A stretch of 55,004 nt of DNA, taken from assembly GCA_030620515.1 (NCBI GenBank), contig JAUXEM010000003.1:1-55004 (forward strand), given 5' to 3'. A program made the translations under genes and the position numbers. The notes beneath the pieces are model-generated. The model saw only the letters and a list, made by a program, of their open reading frames with translations, did no database searches and was not told the DNA's origin. Of this stretch, positions 31,217 to 39,732 are shown piece after piece (within the stretch, counting starts at the first letter, position 1; each line of letters starts with the position of its first letter). This DNA comes from Salinivirgaceae bacterium. Lineage in GTDB: Bacteria; Bacteroidota; Bacteroidia; Bacteroidales; SZUA-534.

Positions 31217-31603
31217 TTATTTGCTTAAAAAGTTATCTATTTTTTCCAATAAAACTTTTCCCATTATTGGCTTTGAAAGATAATCGTCGCAACCAGCACT
31301 CAGAATCTTTTCTTTCTCACCTGCTAATGCATAAGCTGTTTGAGCAATTATTGGTAGCTCAGGTCGAATTTTTTTAATTTCATTCGTAGCTTCGTAACCA
31401 TTCATCTCTGGCATCTTAATATCCATCAATACAAGGTCTATTTCCGCATCATTTTGAACAGCCTCAAGAGCTGTTTTGCCTGTTTCAGCCCATATTAGAA
31501 CAGCGTTTGTTCTTTTTAAAAGCGCCTCAAGAAAAAGATAATTTGTTTTCTCGTCTTCTGCTATAAGTATCTTCTTCCCTGAAAAATCGTAATTATTAAA
31601 CAT
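31217..31603 (-). CDS. Single-domain response regulator (CheY-like receiver)
   Basis: ILIAED, LMDIKMP, TAYA, YLSKP. Confidence 0.93.
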   Translation of the reverse strand: MFNNYDFSGKKILIAEDEKTNYLFLEALLKRTNAVLIWAETGKTALEAVQNDAEIDLVLMDIKMPEMNGYEATNEIKKIRPELPIIAQTAYALAGEKEKILSAGCDDYLSKPIMGKVLLEKIDNFLSK

Positions 31604-31928
31604 AAATGTTTGTTTTAAGATAAAAACAAAATTAAGCTTTTTTTTATCAATTTAACCAAAAGTTAAAGTAATAAAAAAAACGCATTGTATAAATCTACTT
31701 GCCACACTAATTTGTTCGAATGGCGCTTTGCTAATATATAAAGAAAAGAATTATCAGCAATTTTATTCTATTTTTAATTTATAAATATATGCTTTTCTCT
31801 AATACTATACAATAACCAGTAGTATAAATTACCTATTGGATAGTTTCTACATTCCTGTATTTATGTTTATTACACGCTTGTACTAAAAAGTATATGCTGC
31901 TTTATTTGAATATATATACTCCTTTTAT

Positions 31929-31955
31929 TATTTTTGACCAACCGTTCATTCAAAA
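31929..31955 (+). promoter_or_regulatory. -7 promoter element overlapped by a putative TetR operator
   Basis: TATTTTTG (31929-36) overlaps the imperfect palindrome TTTTGAccAACCGTTcatTCAAAA (31932-55), just upstream of the TetR ATG. Confidence 0.6.
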
Positions 31956-31963
31956 TAGAACCA

Positions 31964-32545
31964 ATGCCAAGAACAAAAGAACAATTCAAAGAATTAAGAC
32001 AAGAAAAAATTAACAAGATTAAGCAAGTGGCTATGGAGCTATTTGCTTCTGAAGGGTATATACAAACATCTATTTCAAAAATTGCTAAAGCAGCTAATAT
32101 ATCCAAAGGTTTATTATATAACTATTTTGAAAGTAAAGATGATTTGTTAAAATGCATAGTATCAGAAGGTGTACAAGATGTATTTGAATCGTTCGATATT
32201 GACGGTGATGGACATTTGTCAACTGATGAGTTTGAATATTTTGTTAGACAAAGTTTAAAAAATACGATTGAGAGAAAGGAATTCTATAAGCTGCTATATA
32301 CCATAATGCTGCAACCAAATGTACATGATATAATAGCAAATGTGCAAAATGATATTTCAATTCGCGTTTTAACGGTTGCAAATGAATATTTTCAAACCCG
32401 ATTTGATGATCCGCAAACGGAGTTTCTTCTTTTCTCGTCTATGATGAAAGGTTTAAGCATGCAATATGTTTTTGCAGATGGATATATAACAGACGAGATG
32501 ATGGAAAAATCAATAACAAGAATATTGGATTATTATAGAAAATAG
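31964..32545 (+). CDS. TetR/AcrR-family regulator with an EF-hand-like loop
   Basis: MPRTKEQF start; HTH TSISKIAKAANISKGLLYNYFESKDDL; DIDGDGHLSTDEF loop. Confidence 0.92.
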   Translation: MPRTKEQFKELRQEKINKIKQVAMELFASEGYIQTSISKIAKAANISKGLLYNYFESKDDLLKCIVSEGVQDVFESFDIDGDGHLSTDEFEYFVRQSLKNTIERKEFYKLLYTIMLQPNVHDIIANVQNDISIRVLTVANEYFQTRFDDPQTEFLLFSSMMKGLSMQYVFADGYITDEMMEKSITRILDYYRK

Positions 32546-32563
32546 AATTCAGAAGTTAGTATA
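32536..32563. repeat. Left arm of cassette 1 (AGAA heptamers)
   Basis: tagaaaa tagaatt cagaagt tagtata; contains the TetR TAG stop. Confidence 0.75.
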
Positions 32564-32576
32564 AAATAATGAGATT

Positions 32577-32660
32577 ATGGACAAAGCACAATCATATAAA
32601 GATTTATTGATGTGGCAAAAGGGACACGAACTTGTTTTATAGACATATCAAACTATATAA
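32577..32660 (+). pseudogene. Decayed four-helix-bundle (23S IVP family) gene
   Basis: Translates to MDKAQSYKDLLMWQKGHELVL*TYQTI*, the family's N-terminal YxDLxxWQKxxxL signature with an in-frame stop. Confidence 0.8.
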
Positions 32661-32730
32661 TATTTTTGAATCAATTAATTATGAAATAATAATGCTAAAA
32701 TAATATTATAGAAGAAAGATAGGGTTACCA

Positions 32731-32758
32731 TTCTTAATTCAACTTTCTATTTTCTAAC
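32731..32758. repeat. Right arm of cassette 1 (TTCT heptamers)
   Basis: ttcttaa ttcaact ttctatt ttctaac; 32745-56 is the exact reverse complement of 32536-47. Confidence 0.75.
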
Positions 32759-32774
32759 TTTTAAAAATTTTAAC

Positions 32775-33530
32775 ATGAACCTATTAATTACATCAATTAT
32801 TGCTCTTGCTTTTTCTATATCTACCCAAGCGCAAGATGCTACAGCCATTATTAAAAACGCCGACGATAAACTACAGGGTAATTCTAACAAAAGTTTAATG
32901 GCAATGTCAATTGTTCGTCCTAAATATACTCGAACTATTGAATTTATGAATTGGAGCCTTGGTCGCCATTATTTTATGACTTATGTTACTGCTCCAGCAA
33001 AAGATAAAGGGCAGGTTTTCATGAAGCATAAAACTGATATGTGGAACTTTATGCCTGCAATAAATCGCATGATAAAACTACCTCCAAGCATGATGAGTCA
33101 AGGTTGGATGGGCTCAGATTATTCCAACGATGATTTGGTTAAACAATCGTCTATTGTGGTAGATTATACTCATACACTAATTGGTGATGAGGAAATTGAA
33201 GGACGCATGTGCTTCAAAATAGAACTAATTCCGAACGATAATGCCAATGTAGTTTGGGGTAAAGTTATTTATTGGGTCGATAAGGAACATTCTATTATCC
33301 CGAAAGGTCAGTTTTACGATGAAGAGTTTTATTTAGTACGCACAGAACTAGGACATGACATTAAAAACTTCGATGGTCGCGATTTATTTTCTAAAATGGA
33401 GATTATTCCTGCCGATGAAGATGGAAACAAAACGATAATTGAAATAAAATCAATTGAATTTGATGTGGATATTAAAGAGAGTTTTTTCTCGCAACAAAAC
33501 ATGAAAAGAATTAAATCTGTGAGACTATGA
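32775..33530 (+). CDS. Outer-membrane lipoprotein-sorting (LolA-like) periplasmic protein
   Basis: Signal peptide; PAKDKGQVFM, WMGSDYSNDDL, FFSQQNMK. Confidence 0.85.
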   Translation: MNLLITSIIALAFSISTQAQDATAIIKNADDKLQGNSNKSLMAMSIVRPKYTRTIEFMNWSLGRHYFMTYVTAPAKDKGQVFMKHKTDMWNFMPAINRMIKLPPSMMSQGWMGSDYSNDDLVKQSSIVVDYTHTLIGDEEIEGRMCFKIELIPNDNANVVWGKVIYWVDKEHSIIPKGQFYDEEFYLVRTELGHDIKNFDGRDLFSKMEIIPADEDGNKTIIEIKSIEFDVDIKESFFSQQNMKRIKSVRL

Positions 33531-33683
33531 TTTTGGTTTCAAAATCATATTGCCAAACTGATTATTAGCGGTTGTCGAGGGATCTTATAGATTAGTCCCG
33601 CCTGCCAAGTTCAACATTGGGCATATTCCCCGCACTATTGTGCGCAATGATAATAAAATACTTATCGCAATTTATTTACCTAA

Positions 33684-33699
33684 CTGCCTACAAGGCAGG
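33684..33699. repeat. REP-like CTGCC-n-GGCAGG palindrome
   Basis: CTGCCTACAAGGCAGG; relatives at 24750-66, 51593-608 (inverted) and 51628-42. Confidence 0.55.
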
Positions 33700-33727
33700 C
33701 TAATGTTTTATACTAAAGCTTAATATA

Positions 33728-35143
33728 ATGAACAGAATAATTAAAATGGCATGGCGAAATATCTGGCGAAACAGGCGCCGCTCCCTTATTACAATAGCTT
33801 CTATATTTTTTGCGGTATTCTTTGCTGTCGTAATGCGCTCGATGCAGCTAGGTAGCTATGGTCATATGATAAAACAGACTATCGAGAAGTATTCGGGTTA
33901 TTTACAAGTACAAAATCCTGAGTATTTTGATGAGCCATCATTGGATAATTCTTTAGAATATTCCGATGAGCTAATTCAAACTTTAATTTTAACCGAAGGT
34001 GTGAAAATTGCAGTTCCTCGTATCGAATCTTTTGCGCTTGCCTCAACAGGTCATCAAAGCAAAGGAGTATTGGTTTCTGGCATTGATGTTGAAAAGGAAA
34101 AAATGCTTAGCAATCCTGAGCATATGCTCGTGAATTATAAGCTTACTCCCGCTATTGTTGAAACCATACTTATAGAATCTAATTTTGAAACTAAGCAGCA
34201 AGAGTTTTTAAAGCTATTTGAAAATAGTGTTTATCATGATTTAGATAGATTGGGTTTAGATTTGGCATTAAAACCAGAACAGCTTGAACCTTATCATGCA
34301 CTATTTAATAAATATGCGAAGATTCAAGGAGCTTACCTTAAACCAAACGATGATGGTGTATTAGTTTCTAGCAGGCTTGCTAAATTTTTAAGAACTGAGG
34401 TTGGAGATACGATTACTTTAATTGGTAGTGGTTATCATGGTAATACAGCTGCAGATATTTTCCCAGTACGTGGAATAATTAAAATTCCATCGCCCGATTT
34501 AGATAATAAAATAATATACATGTCGTTGCCTAAAGCGCAAGAGTTTCTAAGCATGCAGAATCGTATTACCGCAGTAGCTATTAATCTTGATAATAGTAAA
34601 GAAATGATACAAATTCAAGAGCAATTACTTTCGACAATTGACCCAACTGAATATACTGTTAAAAATTGGGAAGAGCTTAACCCAGTATTAAAACAGCAGA
34701 TTGAAGGTGACGATGCAAGTGGAAAGATGTTCGTTGGTATTCTATATTTTATTGTGTTTTTTGGAATTATTGGCACAGTAATGATGATGATTGCCGAACG
34801 CAAACGAGAGTTTGGGGTACTTGTAGCTATCGGAATGCGAAAACGAAAGCTAGCTACAATAGTCTTAATTGAAATGTTTCTTATGGGATTTGTTGGCACA
34901 ATTACAGGTATGTTGGCAGCAATGCCACTGGTTATTGGTTTTAATATTAATCCAATAAAAATGACTGGTGAAACAGCTAAAATGTATGAAGATATGGGCT
35001 TTGAGGCTGTTATGCCAACAGCACCAATCGACCATTATTTTACATGGCAAGGCATAATAATTCTTCTAATGGTGATACTAGCTTGCTATATCCCTCTTAA
35101 AAAAATTAGGAAAATGAAAGTTATGGATGCTTTAAAGGCTTAA
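33728..35143 (+). CDS. ABC transporter permease (MacB/FtsX/LolE type)
   Basis: MAWRNIWRNRRRS, large periplasmic domain, ERKREFGVLVAIGM. Confidence 0.92.
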   Translation: MNRIIKMAWRNIWRNRRRSLITIASIFFAVFFAVVMRSMQLGSYGHMIKQTIEKYSGYLQVQNPEYFDEPSLDNSLEYSDELIQTLILTEGVKIAVPRIESFALASTGHQSKGVLVSGIDVEKEKMLSNPEHMLVNYKLTPAIVETILIESNFETKQQEFLKLFENSVYHDLDRLGLDLALKPEQLEPYHALFNKYAKIQGAYLKPNDDGVLVSSRLAKFLRTEVGDTITLIGSGYHGNTAADIFPVRGIIKIPSPDLDNKIIYMSLPKAQEFLSMQNRITAVAINLDNSKEMIQIQEQLLSTIDPTEYTVKNWEELNPVLKQQIEGDDASGKMFVGILYFIVFFGIIGTVMMMIAERKREFGVLVAIGMRKRKLATIVLIEMFLMGFVGTITGMLAAMPLVIGFNINPIKMTGETAKMYEDMGFEAVMPTAPIDHYFTWQGIIILLMVILACYIPLKKIRKMKVMDALKA

Positions 35144-35256
35144 GACTGAAGAAAACAGATTGATGTTGATTGAAAGAGATTGAAAGAGATTGAATGAGAT
35201 TGAGGAAGATTGAAAGAGATTGAAAATAAGATTGAGGTAGGTTGAAATGTGATTGA
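35144..35256. repeat. Left arm of cassette 2 (GATTGA decamer array)
   Basis: GATTGA at 35158, 35168, 35178, 35188, 35198, 35208, 35218 (exact 10-nt period), then 35230, 35240 (GGTTGA) and 35251; GACTGA at 35144, right after the stop. Confidence 0.9.
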
Positions 35257-35281
35257 ATTGTAGTTAATAAAACTTAAAATT

Positions 35282-35653
35282 ATGGAAAATAATAATTGGG
35301 TTGAATACAAGATTTCAATTGGAAATAGATTGAAGGAGTTTGCACTTAAGATTCTGCAACTTTCTGAGATGTTACCAAAAAATGCAAGATCAAATGTCAT
35401 CAACTATCAAATTACTAAATCTGGAACATCAACTTATGCTAATTATAGAGCTTCGCTTAGGGGGCGCTCAAAAAAAGAATTTTTCAGCAAATTATCAATC
35501 ACTGTTGAAGAAGCCGATGAAACCGAAATGTGGCTCGATTTAATTATAAGCTCAAAAATATTAGATAATGATTTTATAAAAGGGCTACATAGCGAAAGTG
35601 TTGAATTGATTAAGATATTAGCTAGCATGAGAAAGAAGTTGAGTGATGATTGA
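35282..35653 (+). CDS. Four-helix-bundle protein (23S rRNA IVP / TIGR02436-like)
   Basis: RLKEFA, QITKSGTSTYANYRA..RGRSKKEFFSKLSI..EEADET.MWL. Confidence 0.92.
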   Translation: MENNNWVEYKISIGNRLKEFALKILQLSEMLPKNARSNVINYQITKSGTSTYANYRASLRGRSKKEFFSKLSITVEEADETEMWLDLIISSKILDNDFIKGLHSESVELIKILASMRKKLSDD

Positions 35654-35757
35654 ATGAGATTGAAGAAGATTGATAAAGAATAAAAATAAAATTACAATCA
35701 ATCTTTTCCTATCAATCTTAATCAATCTGCGAAGCATCAATCTAATTTAAATCAATT
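35648..35757. repeat. Right flank of cassette 2 (three GATTGA units, then a TCAATC array)
   Basis: GATTGA at 35648, 35658, 35668; TCAATC at 35698, 35712, 35722, 35737; TCAATT at 35752. Confidence 0.9.
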
Positions 35758-35807
35758 TGTACTAGACAAAATATAAAAGAAAAAGTAACTAAATTAAACA
35801 CACTAAA

Positions 35808-37235
35808 ATGATAACTTCAATATCCTGGAAAAATGTATGGCGAAATAAGTCACGAAGCTTAATTGTGATAATTGCTGTTACATTAGGAACCATAGCAGGT
35901 GTATTTGTAGCTGGTTTAATGAATGGATGGGTTAATCAGCGCATTAAAGCTGCCATTTATACCGAAGTTGGGCATATAAAAGTTCAAAATCCCGATTTTT
36001 TAGTCAATGAAGAAGCTGCTTACTCCATTTCAAATTTTTTAGAAGTAACAAAATACCTTGACAATTCTACCCACGTTAAAGCGTGGTCAGCACGTAGTAA
36101 AATTATGGGAATGGCATCTACAGCACGTGGAAATGCCGGACTAACATTAAAAGGCATTCACCCTGAGAAAGACAAGCTTGTATCGGATATTTATGCCAAC
36201 TTATTGCCAAATACAGGAAGCTATTTTGAATCAAAATCAAAACAACCACCCGTATTTATAAGCCACAAAACTGCTGAACAATTAAAAATAAAGAATTTTA
36301 GAATTAGAGATGTTACTGTTGATAGTTTAAAAACACTGGATGTGCCTGAAAATGTAATCCTTAAATTAGATACCTTAATTAATACGCGTTTTATTACACA
36401 GAAAAAGTTCGAAGTCGCAATTAAAGAGGTTTGGAATAGTACAGAGATTAAGAGCTATGGTCCAGCATTATTATCAACAGCCGCCTATTTTCACCCTCGT
36501 GCTAAAATTACCTTTAGTTTTACTAAAATAAATGGAGAGCTAGGTTATCAAACTTATCAGGTTTGCGGTGTTTACAAAACATCGAATACCATGTTCGACC
36601 AAAACAGTGCGTTTGTAAAACACTCCGACCTTGCTCCCGCTGCAATGTTAGCCGATAACCAGATTCACGAGATCTCTATTTTACTAAACAGCGAAGAAAA
36701 TATCGCAGGTTTTAAAACCACCTTGCAAACAAAATTCCCTGAAGCGTCTGTTATGGACTGGAAAGAACTTGCCCCAGATGCCGGTATGATGGCAGATTTT
36801 ATGACAATGTACTATTATATAATAATGGGAATAATATTTTTTGCTTTAGCCTTTGGTATAATTAATACTATGTTAATGGCTATATTAGAGCGTATTAAAG
36901 AAATTGGAATGTTAATGGCTATCGGCATGAATCGTATAAAAGTATTTATCATGATTATGCTTGAAACAGTGTTCTTAACCCTTACAGGAAGTTTAATTGG
37001 AATGATACTTGGCGGTTTGCTAATTAAAATCACAGGTGAAACTGGTTTAAATTTCTCGTCAGTTGCTGAAGGTTTCGAAGCTTTTGGATGGTCGTCAGTT
37101 GTGTATCCAACCATTGAAACTTCTTTCTTTTTAGGTGTAATTTTAATGGTTATAGTCATTGCAATTTTATCGTCGATAGTGCCTGCCAGAAAAGCGTTGA
37201 AGATGAAACCAATTGATGCACTGAAGATGGAATAA
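35808..37235 (+). CDS. ABC transporter permease (MacB/FtsX/LolE type), second subunit
   Basis: ISWKNVWRNKSRS, ERIKEIGMLMAIGM, PARKALKMKP. Confidence 0.92.
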   Translation: MITSISWKNVWRNKSRSLIVIIAVTLGTIAGVFVAGLMNGWVNQRIKAAIYTEVGHIKVQNPDFLVNEEAAYSISNFLEVTKYLDNSTHVKAWSARSKIMGMASTARGNAGLTLKGIHPEKDKLVSDIYANLLPNTGSYFESKSKQPPVFISHKTAEQLKIKNFRIRDVTVDSLKTLDVPENVILKLDTLINTRFITQKKFEVAIKEVWNSTEIKSYGPALLSTAAYFHPRAKITFSFTKINGELGYQTYQVCGVYKTSNTMFDQNSAFVKHSDLAPAAMLADNQIHEISILLNSEENIAGFKTTLQTKFPEASVMDWKELAPDAGMMADFMTMYYYIIMGIIFFALAFGIINTMLMAILERIKEIGMLMAIGMNRIKVFIMIMLETVFLTLTGSLIGMILGGLLIKITGETGLNFSSVAEGFEAFGWSSVVYPTIETSFFLGVILMVIVIAILSSIVPARKALKMKPIDALKME

Positions 37236-37236
37236 G

Positions 37237-37264
37237 CCGAGTTTCGGGATTCGTGTTGCGAGTT
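37237..37264. repeat. Left arm of cassette 3 (CGAGTT heptamers)
   Basis: ccgagtt tcgggat tcgtgtt gcgagtt; pairs 10/11 with AACTCGTAACA at 37661-71. Confidence 0.7.
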
Positions 37265-37288
37265 ATAAAAAATGAAAACTTTTGGAAT

Positions 37289-37669
37289 ATGAGCAATTAT
37301 ACTGATTTAGAAATATACAAAATGGCTAATGATTTGGCTATACAGATACACCATTTGTCTTTAAAAATGCCAAAGTATGAATTATATGAACAAGGGAGTC
37401 AAGTTCGCAGGGCTTCCAAAAGCATAAAGGATAATATTGCAGAAGGATATGGAAGGAGAAGATATAGAGCTGAATTTATAAGATTTCTAAATTTTGAACA
37501 TGCATCTTGTGATGAGGTTCATTCACAATTAACAATGATAAATAAGTTTCATATTAACAAAAACCCAGTAGATGAATTAATCTCTAACTATAATATTCTT
37601 TGTGGGAAAATAAACAATTTTATTTCTTATTCAGAAAAAAACAGGAAAACCAATAAATCAAACTCGTAA
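37289..37669 (+). CDS. Four-helix-bundle protein (23S rRNA IVP / TIGR02436-like), second subtype
   Basis: NYTDLEIYK, ELYEQGSQVRRASKSIKDNIAEGYGRR...EFIRFL...ASCDE; ATG 37289 taken as start. Confidence 0.92.
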   Translation: MSNYTDLEIYKMANDLAIQIHHLSLKMPKYELYEQGSQVRRASKSIKDNIAEGYGRRRYRAEFIRFLNFEHASCDEVHSQLTMINKFHINKNPVDELISNYNILCGKINNFISYSEKNRKTNKSNS

Positions 37670-37730
37670 CATAAAAAAAATAGACAAAAGCTAAAAATTA
37701 TACATAGAATTCACAATATAAACAAAAGAT

Positions 37731-38426
37731 ATGAAAGTAATAGAAATTCATAACGTAAATAAAATATACAACGAGTCAGAAGTAAAAGTACATGCAGTAA
37801 ATGGAGTAACTCTCGATTTTGAGGAGGGTGAATTTGCTGCAATCGTTGGGCCATCAGGTTCTGGCAAAACAACCCTTCTGAACTTGATTGGAGGGTTAGA
37901 CAATCCTACATCGGGCGATGTTATGATTGGCGGATCGTTAATGAGTTCGTTGAAAGGCTCGGACCTTACCGATTTTAGAATGCACAACATTGGTTTTGTT
38001 TTTCAGGCTTATAACCTAATTCCTGTTTTAACAGCTCGCGAAAACACCGAATTTGTTATGAGGCTGCAAGGGAAAACAGCTAAAGAATGCAGCAACCGAG
38101 TTGAAGAATTACTTAAAGCTGTAGGTTTAGAAGAACGCATGGAGGCCCGACCATCAAAACTATCAGGCGGACAGCAACAACGTGTTGCAGTTGCTCGCGC
38201 CCTAGCTTCTAAACCAAAATTTGTTTTGGCAGATGAACCAACAGCTAACCTCGACTCAAAATCAACCGAAACTTTGTTAGACATTATGGAGAAGTTGAAC
38301 AAAGAGGAAAATATCACTTTTATTTTTAGTACACATGATGCGCGCGTAGTTAAAAAAGCTCGCCGAGTAATTACCATTGAAGACGGTAAAGTTATTAGCG
38401 ATGAATACAAAAATATAGAAGACTAA
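37731..38426 (+). CDS. ABC transporter ATP-binding protein (LolD/MacB type)
   Basis: GPSGSGKT, LSGGQQQRVAVARAL, ADEPTANLD, STHD. Confidence 0.96.
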   Translation: MKVIEIHNVNKIYNESEVKVHAVNGVTLDFEEGEFAAIVGPSGSGKTTLLNLIGGLDNPTSGDVMIGGSLMSSLKGSDLTDFRMHNIGFVFQAYNLIPVLTARENTEFVMRLQGKTAKECSNRVEELLKAVGLEERMEARPSKLSGGQQQRVAVARALASKPKFVLADEPTANLDSKSTETLLDIMEKLNKEENITFIFSTHDARVVKKARRVITIEDGKVISDEYKNIED

Positions 38427-38502
38427 AGAAATACTTAAAGTGATAAAGTTTAAAGTACTTAATGTTAGTAACATGAATTCATATTTATAGTATATATCAC
38501 AA

Positions 38503-39657
38503 ATGACAAAACATTTATATCTATTAACCTTACTTTTCTGCACAAGTGTTGTATTTGCCCAAGAACAACTTTCTTTTAGCGGATATGTTTCAAACATGGG
38601 ACAAACGGTTGTAGCAAAAGATACCAATGGAGATTACCAAGCGGCTTGGGATTTAATAATTCACAACCGTTTGAATTTGTCATATTATGCCAACGATAAT
38701 TTTACCTTTCATTTACAAGGTCGAAACCAGTTTTTGTGGGGCGAATCTGTAAGTCTAAACGCCGATTATTCTGAAACCTTTGCGCAAGACCGCGGTTGGA
38801 TTGACATGAACTGGAATTGGTTTGTAAACGATAATAATTTCCTAAACACTCAAATTGATCGAGCTTACGTGGAATATGTAAGTGGTAATTTGGAAATGAG
38901 TTTGGGTCGCCAACGAGTAAATTGGGGACGCACTTTTGTGTGGAATCCAAATGATATTTTTAATGCGTTCTCCTACTACGATTTCGATTACATGGAACGC
39001 CCTGGTTCGGATGCATTTCGTGCTCAATACTATTTTGGCATGGCATCGTCTGTTGAAGTAGTTAGCAAAATTGACAGTGCAAATAACTTAACTTTTGCGG
39101 GAATTGGCAAGTTTAATAAATGGGGATACGATTTTCAGGTTTTAGGCGGTTATGTAAATTCACATGACTATGTTGTTGGAGCTGGTTGGGAAGGCAATAT
39201 TAAATCACTGGGTTTTAGAGGTGAGATGAGCTACTATCATTCTGAGAAAAACTTTGCCGATACTACAGGTTCTTTTTTGGCATCATTGGCTGTAGACTAT
39301 TTATTTCCTAAAAGCATACAAGCACAAGTGGAGTTCTTGTATAACGATCCCAAAAATATTCTTGACCTAAATAATGGCTCGGCTTTGTATCAAGCTCCGC
39401 CTGATTCAAAAAGCTTATCGTTTTCTGAATATAACTTTTTTGTAAATATTGTTTGGACAGCTACCCCTATATTAACTATTAATTTAGCCTCAATGTATTA
39501 CACCGATTATAAAGGTTATTTTCTGATGCCCGGCATCGACTTTTCTGTTAGCGAAGATTTATACTTTTCATTAATCTATCAGTACTTCAATTTAGAGGTA
39601 ATGGATCAGCGCTCAGCAACTAATTTGGCCTTTGCTCGACTAAAATGGAATTTCTAG
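38503..39657 (+). CDS. Putative outer-membrane beta-barrel protein
   Basis: Signal peptide, GRQRVNWG...WNPNDIFN, ERPGSDA, C-terminal RLKWNF. Confidence 0.75.
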   Translation: MTKHLYLLTLLFCTSVVFAQEQLSFSGYVSNMGQTVVAKDTNGDYQAAWDLIIHNRLNLSYYANDNFTFHLQGRNQFLWGESVSLNADYSETFAQDRGWIDMNWNWFVNDNNFLNTQIDRAYVEYVSGNLEMSLGRQRVNWGRTFVWNPNDIFNAFSYYDFDYMERPGSDAFRAQYYFGMASSVEVVSKIDSANNLTFAGIGKFNKWGYDFQVLGGYVNSHDYVVGAGWEGNIKSLGFRGEMSYYHSEKNFADTTGSFLASLAVDYLFPKSIQAQVEFLYNDPKNILDLNNGSALYQAPPDSKSLSFSEYNFFVNIVWTATPILTINLASMYYTDYKGYFLMPGIDFSVSEDLYFSLIYQYFNLEVMDQRSATNLAFARLKWNF

Positions 39658-39732
39658 TTAAGAGTAAAAAGATAAAAGTATAAAGTTCAAGACTAATGCC
39701 TAGAATCCTATTACTTTTTCTCGTTTCTCTTT

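Noticed and set aside
35140-35403. 87-aa minus-strand ORF with SISFN repeats
   Set aside because: Shadow of the four-helix-bundle gene and the decamer array.
35144-35757. GATTGA array as a CRISPR array
   Set aside because: Units are 6-nt cores with 4-nt spacers, far too short, and no cas genes are present.
35282-37669. Diversity-generating retroelement suggested by Avd-like proteins
   Set aside because: No reverse transcriptase and no TR/VR pair with adenine-specific mismatches seen in the window.
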